This document shows positions 49,281-61,790 of a stretch of 64,000 nucleotides of DNA, one piece after another. Each line of letters begins with the position of its first letter. Within the stretch, counting starts at the first letter, position 1. The DNA comes from Mobula hypostoma (lineage: Eukaryota): assembly GCF_963921235.1 (NCBI RefSeq), contig NC_086097.1:106270001-106334000 (forward strand). Direction: 5' to 3'. The notes beneath the pieces were generated by a model. The model was not told the DNA's origin and did not search any database. It saw nothing but the letters and a program-made list of their open reading frames with translations. The position numbers and the translations under genes were made by a program.

Positions 49281-50939
49281 ACTGGACAGAAAGTGAGAGG
49301 TTTTTACAAACGAGATATCAGGTACCAGGAGCGGATCATTCCTGTTGGGTTGAAGGATAAACTTCGCAAATTTAGGGAACTTTGCCTGACAAGATATATT
49401 GAGGTTCTGGTTAAGAAAAAGAAGGAAGCATAAATTGGGTTTAGACGTTGGGATTGAGTGAATCCCTTGATGACTATAATAACAGTAAGAATACTCAAGA
49501 GGGATAATAGGAGGCCAAAGAGAGGGCATGAGATGGATCTTGCAGGTGAGGTTAAGGAAAATTCCGAGAGATTTTATAGCTGAATTAAGAGTTAAAGGGT
49601 GGCTAGAGAGTAGGTCTCAATGGAGATCAGTAGAGTCACCTACATCTTGAGCCGCTAGAGATGGATGGGATTTTTAAGGAACATTTCTTGCTGGTGTTTA
49701 CTGAGGAGAAAATCACGTTTGCCCAAAAGGAAAACAAATGGAAGTGTTTAATTACCAGAGCGGAGGTACTTGCAGCCTTATGATACATTAAGCTTGATAA
49801 ATCTCCAGGGCCCGAATCAGTGAATCCTTGGACTTTGTGGGAGGCTAGAAGTGAAATTGCGGAGGCCCTTGCAGAGATATTTGTTAACCACTGGTGAAGT
49901 TCCCAAAGATTGGAATGTGGCTAATGCTGTTCTGTTGTTTAATAAGGGTAGCAAGGACAATTCAAGGTACTGGAGGGCAATCAACTTTCTACCAGCAGAG
50001 ACACAGTTACTGGATGGAATTCAGATGGACAGGATCTATCAGTATTTGGAAAAACAGAGTTAGATTGGCTTTGTGCATGAAAAGTCATACATGACAAACC
50101 TTTTAGAGTTTTCTGAAGAGGTAACCAATAGGTAGATTGGTGGGGGGAGGGCAGTGGATGTTCTTTACCTGGGCTTTAGCAAGGCCTTTGACAAGGTCTT
50201 GTATGATAGTCTGGTTTGGAAGGTTAGTACCCATAGAATCCAGGGAGGGCTATATAGTTGGCTTAGATGTAGGAAGCAGAAGGTGGTGGTTGAAGGTAGA
50301 CTTTTAGAATTTAGGCCAGTAACTAGTGGTGTACAACAAGGATGTTGGGATCCTTGCTTTTGGTATTTATATATAAGATTTAGATGCAAATGCACAAGGC
50401 TTGTTCAGTAAGTTTGCAGTTCGCACAAAATTAGGTGCTATTGATATGGAACAATGTTACTGCGGAATGCAGGGGGATCTACATCAGTTAGGGGAGTGTG
50501 CCGAGGAGAAGCAAATGGCAAATTGATTTTAAAACTGATAAATATGAACTGATGCATTTTGGAAAATCGAACTAGCTAGGAATTATACCATGAATAGGAG
50601 GTTACCAGTGTTATGGAACAGAGGGACCGAGGAATACAAATGCATAGCTAATTGAAAGTGGTTTCACAAGTAGGCAGGGTGATGAAAGAGGCTTTTAACA
50701 TGTTTGCCTTCATCTGTCAGGGTACTGAGTATGGGAATTGGGACATTATGATGCAGTATTATGTCATTGCTGAGGGCGCTGAGTATTGTGCACAGTTTTG
50801 GTCAGCCTGTTATACGAAAGACTGGAAGGAGTGCAGAAAACATTAATAAGGGTGTTGTCAGGACTAGAGTACCTGAGTTATAAGTAGAGGTTGGTAGGGG
50901 TAGGGCTATATTTCTCAAGTGAGGGGAAAGATGAAAAAA

Positions 50940-51097
50940 AATAGAAAAAAAAACATAGAAACATAGAAAACCTACAGCACAATACAGGCCCTTCGGCCCA
51001 CAAAGCTGTGCCGAACATGTCCCTACCTTAGAACTACCTAGGCTTTACCCATAGCCCTCTATTTTTCCAAGCTCCATGTACCCATCCAGGAGTCTCT
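50940..51097 (-). mobile_element. Short CR1 3' end (same subfamily as 8233-8800)
   Basis: CATAGAAACATAGAAAACCTACAGCACAATACAGG identical to 8240-8274. Confidence 0.88.
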
Positions 51098-51581
51098 CAT
51101 AGAGGTTTATAAAATCATGAGGGGCGGAGATAAAGTGGATGGGAGCAGTCTTTTCCTCAGAAAGGGGAGCCTAAAACTAGGGCACATAATTTTAGTGTGA
51201 AAAGGGAAAGATTTAAAAGGGTCTTGAGGGGCAACAGAGTATATGATATGAGCTACCTGAAGTGGTAGAGACAGGTACAATAGTATCATTTAAGAAATAC
51301 ATGTAGCGGCAGGGCTTCAGTGGATATGGGTCGAATGGAGAAGCTGAGACTAGATGAGTAGGCACCATGGTGGGCATGGACTCGTTGGGTCAAATTGCCT
51401 GAATTCCTGCTGTTTCTCTTGACTCTAAAAGTGTTTTATGTCCATGTACACCCAGATACGTGGTAGGGCTGAAATATGATGTATGAGGTACTTTATATTC
51501 AAATAGGCACAGTTAAAATGTATAAAACATAAAGAATTCCCATCATATGTTAATATCAATGCCAAGAAGGATTGGATACTG

Positions 51582-51850
51582 CGAAATGCAAAGAAATTTT
51601 TTTAGTCAGAGGGTGGTGAATCTATGGAATTTGTTGCCACAGGCAGCAGTGGAGGCCAAGTCATTGGGTGTATTTAAGGCAGAGATTGATAGGTATCTGA
51701 GTAGCCAGGGCATCAAAGGTTATGGTGAGAAGGCAGGGGAGTGGGACTAAATAGGAGAAAATAGATCAGCTCATGATAAAATGGTGGAGCAGACTCGATG
51801 GGCCGAATGGCCTACTTCTGCTCCTTTGTCTTATGGTCTTATGGTCTTAC
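51582..51850 (+). mobile_element. Short CR1 3' end
   Basis: RNFFSQRVVNLWNLLPQAAVEAKS; (TATGGTCT)n tail. Confidence 0.9.
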
Positions 51851-51955
51851 GGATACTCTAATAATAAATAACAAAAGGGACCTTCTAACAGTAACAATAA
51901 AAAATTAAGCAGTTTGGAAGAAATTATTAGTCATAATCTAAAAGCATCTGGTTAA

Positions 51956-52709
51956 TCTGCAGCTTAATGTGAAAAAGACTAAGGAGCTGGTGGTAGACCT
52001 GAGGAGAGCTAAGGTACCGGTGATCCCTGTTTCCATCCAGGGGGTCAGTGTGGACATGGTAGAGGATTATAAATACCTGGGGATACGAATTGACAATAAA
52101 CTGGACTGGTCAAAGAACACTGAGGCTGTCTACAAGAAGGGACAGAGCCGTCTCTATTTCCTCAGGAGACTGAGGTCCTTTAACATCTGCCGGACGATGC
52201 TGAGGATGTTCTACGTGTCTGTGGTGGCCAGTGTTACCATGTTTGCTGTCGTGTGCTGGGGCAGCAGGCTGAGGGTAGCAGACACCAAAAGAATCAACAA
52301 ACTCATTTGGAAGGCCAGTGATGTTGTGGGGATGGAACTGGACTCTCTCACGGTGGTGTCTGAAAAGAGGATGCTGTCTAAGTTGCATGCCATCTTGGTC
52401 AATGTCACCCATCCACTACGTAATGTACTGGGTGGGCACAGGAGTACATTCAGTCAGAGACTCATTCCACCGAGATGCAACACAGAGCGTCATAGGAAGT
52501 CATTCCTGCCTGTGGCCATCAAACTTTATAACTCCTCCCTTGGAGGGTCAGACACCCTGACCCAATAGGCTGGTCCTGGACTTATTTCCTGGCATAATTT
52601 ACATATTACTATTTAACTATTTATGGTTTTATTAGTATTTATTATTTATGGTGCAACTGTAACGAAAACCAATTTCCCCCGGGATCAATAAAGTATGACT
52701 ATGACTATA
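51956..52709 (+). mobile_element. Young Rex1/Babar-type 3' end
   Basis: Open ORF KTKELVVDLRR..YKYLG..KGQSRLYFLRRLRSF..SFLPVAIKLYN; AATAAAG(TATGAC)n tail. Confidence 0.88.
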
Positions 52710-53039
52710 ATGTGAGGTGTATTTAAAATGGGGTTTCAACTACAAATTACCAGGAGTAATTTTGTAATTGTAGCCTTTGACATGCATCTTCGAGTGATAG
52801 TCATACAGTCATTGAGCATATCTCTTCACACTATCTCAATAAAACATGATTTCAAGTTTCGTAGATCAACTCAGATTTCTAAAATTAAAATATTGTGTAG
52901 TACAGGGTGAAAGAAAGTATATGACATTCAAAATTAGCATTTCTTAATTAAGACTGGAGATTAAAATTGCTATATTTACCAACAATAATAGCCAAATATA
53001 TGAAAATGACTCCCAAAAATGGGTAACATTTCAAGCTAA

Positions 53040-53660
53040 CTGACTTCCACAGCTGCTGTAACCAGATTTCCTTCATTTTTTTTAGTATGGATCACATTCC
53101 ATTCTCCCAGTTTGGTTATCTCTGTCTCTGTTTCATCTGTTTAGACAATGCCACTACCATCTGACTGTTTCCAACATGTCTTCCTTTTCCCTCAAATATG
53201 AATCCTCTTCCAGCACAAGGTCTTTTCAATTTCCAACTTTCTCTTCTCTTCACATTTTGCATCATGGCAGAAATCTTCTTGCCACATGATCAGGCTTTGT
53301 TTTCAGTGGAACTTTCTGCACAATTTCCTACATCTCCAATGTAATACCTCCACAGGTTTTCCCCTCTGCTACTTTTAGCATTCCAAAGGGATTATTCTTT
53401 CTCCTGATATTATTTTCCCATGTAAATCAGGAACTGGAATGTCCAATCTAGTACCTCCTTCCCTTTCTATTTTTTGGAACTGCAAACAGCGCTTGCATAT
53501 GAAGTAGTGTACTTACATTTCATTCAATTAAATGCACTGCATTTTCTGCTCACAATGTTGTTTCCTCTACACTGGGCTGAGCAAATACTCAGTATACTCA
53601 GTGGGTGACCACTTTGCAGGACACTATCACTGAGTCTAGAAGTGTGATCCCTCTGATCTG
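53040..53660 (+). mobile_element. Ancient PLE coding fragment
   Basis: Patchy similarity to 850-1500 (ATTCCATTCTCCCAGTT; TGCTCACAATGT..CCTCTACACTGG; GGGTGACCACTTTGCAGGACAC). Confidence 0.55.
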
Positions 53661-53834
53661 GATCCTTTTGGCTTTTAGGCAAGTTCAATAGAATTTTCTA
53701 AACTAACATATGACAGCTTTGTGGACTCTGTCCACAAAGATTTCAGGTAATTCTCATTTCCAGCACAGTTATTACAGATTTCCATCATTTCTTCTATCTT
53801 ATATTGGTAATTTCAGATACCCAATCTATATTCA

Positions 53835-55862
53835 CACTGGCATGAGAGAGGAACTGGCCGAAGTTGACTGAAAAGGGACATTGGTGGGAAGAACAGCGGA
53901 GTGGCTGGCGTTTATGCGAGAAGTGAGAAAGGTGCAAGACAGGTATATTCCAACAAAGAAGACATTTTCGAATGGAAAAAGGATGCAACCGTGGCTGATA
54001 AGAGAAGTCAAAGCCAAACTTAAAGCAAAGGAGAGGGCATACAAGGAAGCAAAAATTAGTGGGAAGACAGAGGATTGGGAAGTTTTCAAAAGCTTACAAA
54101 AGGAAACTAAGAAGGTCATTAAGAGGGAAAAGATTAACTATGAAAGGAAGCCAGCAGATAATATCAAAGAGGATACTAAAAGCTTTATCAAGTATATAAA
54201 GAGTAAAAGACAGGTGAGAGTAGATATAGGACCGACAGAAAATGATGCTGGAGAAATTGTAATGGGAGATAAGGAGATGGCAGGGGAACTGAATGAGTAT
54301 TTTGCATCAGTCTTCACTGAGGAAGACAACAGTAGTATACCGGACACACAAGGGTGGCAGGGAAGAGAAGGGTGCGCAGTCAACATTACGACAGAGGAAG
54401 TAATTTTCTCAGGTAGATAAATCTCCCAGGACCAGATGGAATGTTCCCTCGTGTTCTGAAGGAAGTAGCTGTGGGGATTGCAGAGGCATTTGTGATAATC
54501 TTTCAGAAGTCGATAGATTCTGGCATGGTTCCAGAGGACTGGAAGATTGCAAATGTCACTCTGCTATTTAAGAAGGGAGCAAGGAAGCAAAAAGGAAATT
54601 ATAGACCTGTTAGCTTGACATCGGTGGTTGGGAAGTTGTTGGAGTCGATTGTCAAGGATGAGGTCACAGAGTACCTGGAGGCATATGACAAGATAGGCAG
54701 AACTCAGCATGGAGTTCTTAAAGGAAAATCCTGCCTGTCAAACCTATTACAATTTTTCGAGGAAATTACCAGTAGGCTAGACAAGGGAGATGCAGTGGAT
54801 GCTGTATATTTGGATTTTCAGAAGGCTTTTGACAAGGTGCCGCACATGATGCTACTTAACAAAATAAGAGGCCATGGAATTACGGGAAAGTTACATACGT
54901 GGATAGAGCGTTGGCTGATTGGCAGGAAACAGAGAGTGGGAATCCTATTCTGGTTGGCTGCCGGTTACCAGTGGTGTTCCACAGGGGTCCGTGTTGGGGC
55001 CACTTCTTTTTACATTGTACATAAATGATTTGGATTATGGAATAGATGGCTTTGTGGCTAAGTTTGCTGATGATACGAAGAGAGGTGGAGGGGTCGGTAG
55101 TGCTGAGGAAACAGAGAGTCTGCAGAGAGACTTGGATAGATTGGAAGAATTGGCAAAGAAGTGGCAAATGAAATACAATGTTGGAAAGTGTATGGTTATG
55201 CACTTTGGCAGAAGAATTAAACGGGCAGACTATTATTTAAATGGGGAAAGAATTCAAAGTTCTGAGATGCAACAGGACTTGGGAGTCCTCGTACAGGATA
55301 CCCTTAAGGTTAACCTCCAGGTGAAGAAGGCGAATGGAATGTTAGCATTCATTTCTAGAGGAATAGAGTATAGGAACAGGGATGTGATGTTGAGGGTCTA
55401 TAAGTCGCTGGTGAGACCTCACTTGGAGTACTGTGGGCAGTTTTGGTCTCCTTAATTAAGAAAGGATGTGCTGATGTTGGAGAGGCTACAGAGAAGATTC
55501 ACTAGAATGATTCCAGGAATGAGAGGGTTAACATATAAGGAACGTTTGTCCGTTTTTGGTATGAGAGGGCATGACATAAGGATTGAAGGGCGCCCATTCA
55601 GAACAGAAATGCGAAGAAAGTTTTTTAGCCCGAGGGTGGTGAATCTATGGAATTTGTTGCCAAGGGCACCAGTGGAGGCCAAGTCATTGGGTGTATTTAA
55701 GGCAGAGATTGATAGGTATCTGAGTAGCCAGGGCATCAAAGGTTATGGTGAGAAAGCGGGGGAGTGGGACTAAATGGGAGAATGGATCAGCTCATGATAA
55801 AATGGCGGAGCAGACTTGATGGGCCGAATGGCCAACTTCTGCTCCTTTGTCTTATGGTCTTA
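53835..55862 (+). mobile_element. 5'-truncated CR1 (same subfamily as 43352-48533) with internal deletions
   Basis: RT ORFs 54441-55455; closely matches the reverse complement of 45873-47890; TATGGTCT tail. Confidence 0.93.
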
Positions 55863-58800
55863 ATCTAGTGCCTAAATTCTGCAACACGCAAAGAACAAAT
55901 TGCTCAAACAGCACCAAGAAAACTAGTGAGAAACAAAGTATAATACATCAAACTACAAGTCATCGAACAGTCCAGGAATCAAAATGCCGATTGTAGGCTC
56001 CAATTGTAGCGGAATTGCATTTGAAAGAAGAAGAAGAAGAAGCAAAAGAAGTGAAAGAGGTAGTTTCGTGAACTCTCTGAAGGATGTCACCCTTGGTCAT
56101 GCTGTTTGCTGACTCTTATCTTCTTCAGTGAACACATAGTACCCAGGCTGTGGTCTAAGCAGTATCATGTAAAATTCTGGCATAACCTCTGCTCTCATTT
56201 TCCAGGAAATCATCTTAAATGGATGCTTCTGCCCAGAAGAATATCTTCTGAACCGCTGCTGACCTTTTTTCAAAGAAAACTAAATCTAGATTGTGATAAA
56301 CCTTAATGAAGGCGATTTTGCTAGAAATAGGCTGTATCTATTAACAGCTTTGAACTACATATGCTTGCAGTAAAAGTGATGTTAAGATGTAAGAACTTGG
56401 GACTGCACAAAATAAATTAGAAATATCTGACACAAGGATGCTACATTTATCACATGGACTGTTAATAAGAAATTAGCATAATATAACTAGGACTTGAAAA
56501 TGTAAATTTTTATCTTTTTTGTTCAGTTTGGCGTGATTTTTCACTTTTTCTGTTTTGCAACAAGATTTTGTTTATTTAAGTTGCAATTATGTTGGTAATG
56601 ACAAAATAATGTCCGCAGAATTAAGAGCGTCTGTGCAGCTTGTATATTTCATCCAAGTTATAAAGTCTCATTGCTGGCGAGTGTTTTCTATAATGGAGTT
56701 ATAATTAAATGCCATTGTTCAGAAAACATTCACATGTTGAAAAGCAAAATGCATGGCAGATATTTCAAAATAGATTGCTAACACTTTGTTTTTGGGCATA
56801 AAAAGAGCATCGGTGTTTTTCAATTATTATTGCAATCCAAGCCCCAGTTACAACTTGATATTACAGTATTATTGATTTTCATTTTGACTGTGTAGCGATA
56901 TTGCTGAATTCTTTTCCATTGGGTGGACTACTGAGACTGAGAAAATCTGCAATGGTTGAACAGCAATGTGTTCCTGCTTTCAAATTGCCTTACTGTTTTC
57001 TCCACAATAAGTCCATCTTAGATATTTGTTTAATGATGTCTACTGTCATCTTTTCTAAATGCTTTAAACTTTCAATCCACAAAATAATCTTTTTTTTCAT
57101 AATATGACATTGCAGCATTACCTTACAGTGAAGCAATATTAGCCAGAGGTTATTCAGTTTGTGGTTGATCCCCCTAATTAAGGTGTCCAATCTAAAGTAC
57201 ACATTCAAATTCAATCAGCCAGATCATGCTTAATCCATCTCTGACTTCTGTGCCTGTGCAATGGAACAGATAGGTCAGAAATAAGGCAAAACTCATATGC
57301 TGGTGTATCTAATCTCCTGCTTCATTGTTGGATTTAGCACTGAGTCCTGTGGTAGAGCACAAATAACTTGAGTTGAAGGACAGAATGCACCTGCAGAGTA
57401 TTTTGTGTTTGCATTTTACATGTGACACTTTAGTTTCAAACTAGGGATGACTAGCATGGGAAGTGTCCTCATCACCTATTTGAATAAAGAGGAAAGTGCA
57501 CAATTGTAGATCCTTTATGTTTCTTCATTTGATTTTACCATTGAGCTATTTTAACTGAATGCTGATTTTTTTTTTACTTTTTAAAAATTATTACCCGTAT
57601 ACTTAGTTAAATCTATTTCAAATGCTTATAGGTGTCTCTGTTTATCAGAGACATATAACATTGTTCAAAAGCCTTTGACTATAGTAAGTTGCCTAAAGAC
57701 AATCAGGATGTTCCAGGACCCACACCAATGGACTGATGTTCAAAGTCCATTCTGAAAGGTTGTGGCAGTCAGACTCCAAGAATAATTGCCACCAAAGATC
57801 CGTAAGAGATAATAATAATAATTATTATTATTAACACATATCAACAATTTTCTTAAAAATCCTGAAAATGTGCCTGAATTTTTGACAGATGGTGAAACAT
57901 ATCTCTTACCTAAAGGAGAAATCACAAATGATCCATCAAAATATCACCCTTTTCTTGTTTACAAACTATATATAAAATTATAACATCTTGCAACATTTTG
58001 CCACACACTTAGATAAGCACTATATACTTACAGAAGAGCAGAAGGACCTGAAGGATGTAAAGAACAACAGATAATAGATTCTGTAATTCTAAATCAAGCC
58101 TGGCAGTAAAGCAGAAATCTTTCATGTTGCTATAGTGATTCTGTCCCACACTCATAGTTAATAGAAGTTCTTAATATATATATAAACTACACTTAATACT
58201 TGTGAAATTCCTTCAACATCTGAAGAAGCTTTGGTGTATTATAGTCACCCTATCTATTAACAACTAAAAAAGAACAGCCATCACTATCAAAATAAACTGA
58301 GGCATTTTCTGGGGCGACTCTCTAAGCCCACTATGCTTCTGTCTAGCTTTAAACCCACTCTCTAATTTACTGAATCAGATGAAAGCTGGGTATCAAATCA
58401 GAAACAACCAAACAAATTTTACCTTGACATACCATGGATGATTTGAAATTATATACTCCATTAGTAAAACGAAAGCAAATAATTCAAATAATAGAACTAT
58501 TTTTGAAAGATATAACTATGAACTTTGGACTAGATAAGTACAGACAATTAAACATAAAGGAAGGTGCAATAGAGCTAATAGAATAAAAAGCAGACCAGCA
58601 GGGTGTAAAATACCCGATGGATGACATATAAGTATCTGGGATATCAACAGGCAAAGAAAATAGATCATTGTATGATAAAGGGAAAACTTTTGACAGAATT
58701 TATTTCAAGGCTTAAGAAAATCTGCCAAATAGTGCTCAACAGTTAATAAACAGTTCAAAACCACTTTTGCTACACCTATATTAACGTATTCTTTTGGCAT

Positions 58801-58955
58801 AATGGTTGGAAATCAATCTGGAAAATTTACAAAGAAAAGTAAGAACTAAAATGACCAATTTCAGAAAACACTATGCACACTCAACACACTTAGATACTGC
58901 TTAGGGTAGAGGGAGGAAGAGGAATATAAGGCATGAAAAATGTACACAACAGTCA

Positions 58956-59863
58956 AGCTACATCCACACTAGACCGGATAAATCTGCAACCGAAGCTTTT
59001 TCTCTTCGTTTTGACCCTCCGTCCACACTGAAACAGCGTTTTCCTCCTCCAAAAACGGAGATTTTCAGAAACGCTCTCCAGAGTGAATAAATCTGAAAAT
59101 GCCTAATATCTGGAGTAGTGTGTACGGGGTAACTGGCTATTTTTAAAACCGCTGTCATAATGTGCTGGAACAAATGGTGGCGACAGCATGGCATTTCATT
59201 GTTTTCTTGAACACAACCTCCAACACCACAACATCTGACAATAGATGTATAACAGCCGAATGTAACATTGTATGGAAGTACAAGATAACACTGATGTAGA
59301 CATGTTTTATACATTTAACAAGATGCTTCATTAATGTATTGCTTGTGCAAACATTCAATAGATGCAATTGTCACTTTTGTCCAGTAACTCATTTTATTGC
59401 ACATATTAAATACAGCAAAATAATACCCACAGACATGGCAAACAAATGAGGTAACAGCAAATTTCACTTTTGCCCAGTAACAAGCATTTAGTTGTAGCTG
59501 TCGTCCCTTTCATCGGTGAACAGACTATGGCTGTAGGAAATGTTTCTGGACAAAAGCGCACCAAGTCTTTCATTTGGCAATTTCCTTTTAAGTTTTTCTA
59601 GTCTGTAACTGAACAAATGCGCACCAAGTCTTTCATTTGGCAATTTCCTTTTAAGTTTTTCTAGTCTGTAACTGGACAAGTGCGCACCAAGTATACTGTT
59701 TTTTCTTCGCTTGTTTTTTGTAGATGTGTCCTGCGCATGCCCAGTAGGAGGAGATTCGCCCAAATATCCGTTTTAATGTGGACAGAGGTATTTTTAAAAA
59801 CGCCTGTCGTTTTTACGCAAAACCAGTGTTTTCAAAATTATCCAGTCTAGTCTGGATGTAGCC
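58956..59863. mobile_element. PIF/Harbinger-like non-autonomous element, 3-bp TSD (TCA)
   Basis: Left end AGCTACATCCACACTAGACCGGATAA vs reverse complement of right end GGCTACATCCAGACTAGACTGGATAA; TCA at 58953-58955 and 59864-59866. Confidence 0.85.
59546..59692 (+). repeat. 63-bp tandem repeat, ~2.3 copies, inside the Harbinger-like element
   Basis: Units start at 59546, 59609 and 59672. Confidence 0.92.
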
Positions 59864-60865
59864 TCAGATAAAACTTCTAAGGATATATTTTCATTAATGA
59901 AAACAGGAATCAGCACTCCACATGAGCATATGCAATTCTGATAAGATATACACCCCACTAAACTTAAATGAGAGCACAATCCAAAAAGAAAAAGAAGAAA
60001 TTATCACTACTGAAGAAAAGGTTAACCAATGGACGAGCATGACCCTCCACGGAAGACATCCCCATGATCTGAGCAGACTAAATATCGACAAGGAAGTATC
60101 AAATGCCTGGCTTAGAGTAATAAACCTCTTCCCAGAAACAGAGAGGTTCCTTGTGGCAATACAGGACCAGGTGGTTAACACAAAAAAAAATCATCAGAAA
60201 TACAGAATAAAAAACCAACAAACTCAAGATGATAAATGCAGAAAATGCCAAGAGAAACCAGAAACAATCCAACTCATTTCAGGATCCTGTAGCAGTTTAA
60301 CTCAATCTGATTACTTACACAGGCATAATCAAGTAGCAAACATCATTCACCAAAATCTTGCTTTAAAATACAAATTTATAAAAGAAATCATACAAGCCTG
60401 AGCCAGTTTTTAGAGTTAGAATCCCACAAATTATAATACAACTGATCCGTTATTACAGATATAACAATCCATAATGACCGTCCAGATATGATATTACAGG
60501 ATAAACAAGCAGGAACAACTTATTTAATAGATACAACCATTCCAAACACACATAACATACATAAATCAGTAAGTGAAAAATACCAGAAATATGCTGAATT
60601 AAAAGAGGAAACTGAAAGACTATAGAACATGAACAGGGTATACATTGTCCCTATAGTAACATCCACAACTGGTGTCATCCCAAAGGCACTACACAATAGC
60701 ATTAAACAATTAGGCCTACACAGCAATATTTATGTAAATATCCAGAAAGCCGCAATACTAAACTCCATTAGAAGAGTCTGAAAGTTCCCAACAATTGAGA
60801 AATGAGTGTGCTTGGCTATGCCCGTGCCTCAGGTTTTACTAGCTTGAGCCAAGAAAAAATAAAAA

Positions 60866-61390
60866 ATAATAATAATAGTAATAATAACAACATTTATAGA
60901 GCACTTTTTATACAAATTATGCAATTCGAAGTGCTTTACAGTGGGATAAAGAGCAAACACAGAAATAAATGACAAAATTCTGTTTGTTAAAATCACTGTT
61001 AAATAAATCGATTTTGAGCTGCCTTTGGAGTATAGTTAAAAAAGCTGACCTGCCAATTTTTTTTTGAGTAAAATTGTTTAAATTCAAGAGGCTGGCAGAA
61101 GAAGACCTGAGATCTTAAACAGGATTATAAAACAAAAGTGATTCTGTGATGTACTCTGGTCCCAGACCATTGAGAGTTTTAAAAACAAGTTAGAGAACTT
61201 TAAGATCAATTGTAAAAGATAGTGGAAGCCAAAGCATAGTACTTAGAACAGGAGTGGTGTATTCCGTCATCCTGGTTTTAGTTAAAATTCTAGCAGCGGT
61301 GTTCTGAATAAGTTGAAGTTTGCTAAGAGATTGCTTTGGAAAGCCAGTAAAAAGTGCATTGCAGTAATCTAGCCTATCCAGCCTTAGAAA
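60866..61390 (-). mobile_element. L2 LINE 3' fragment
   Basis: RLDYCNAL..KLQLIQNTAARIL..TPVL..LWLP; tail TGTAAAGCACTT...AAGTGCTCTATAAATG followed by (TTA)n. Confidence 0.85.
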
Positions 61391-61477
61391 AATGAGCAAG
61401 GCAAGGGCCTGAGTGGTGGGCCGAATCATGGACACATGATTAGTTTGAGGGAACTCTGTCCATATTAGAGGAATAAT

Positions 61478-61790
61478 GGTGGCAGGACGGTGTAAACGGT
61501 GACACTACCTTACAGTTCGAGGGACATTACCTCAGGTGCTGTTTGAAGTTTGCACTTTCTCTATGTGACTACAGAGGTTTCTTTTCTCATTATAAGTATG
61601 TGTTAGTAGGTTCACTGGCTTCTATAAATTACAGTTCACCTACAGGAATCAAAGGGATAGTTGATGTGCATATGTAGAAGAATAAATTACATTGCTACCG
61701 GGAAATAAGATAAGAGAAAATGGGACTGGTGGGATTGCTCTGCAGCAAGCTGCCATAGACCAGATGGGCCAAATGTTTACCTCTGTGTCA
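61478..61790 (+). mobile_element. Old SINE with CR1-like tail
   Basis: Decayed head and core; tail CATAGACCAGATGGGCCAAATG. Confidence 0.5.

Larger units (their letters stand above)
41625..51425 (+). mobile_element. Old near-full-length CR1 hosting several nested insertions
   Basis: Decayed ORF1 (zinc finger near 41640, DGLHFN near 42900), APE (43090-43350 resuming 48535), RT (49800-50900), 3' end near 51400, all collinear. Confidence 0.8.
57833..60865 (+). mobile_element. R4/Dong-clade non-LTR retrotransposon (RT, CCHC knuckle, restriction-like endonuclease), 5'-truncated and decayed
   Basis: TYLLPKG..DPSKY; EEQK..GCKEQ; GDSLSPL; MDDLKLY; LHGR..ETERFLVAIQDQV; CRKC..ET...C; RHN; RPD..LID..IP..EKYQKY near 60470-60600. 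Confidence 0.85.

Noticed and set aside
59546..59692. CRISPR-like array
   Set aside because: Head-to-tail 63-bp units with no unique spacers, inside a eukaryotic MITE
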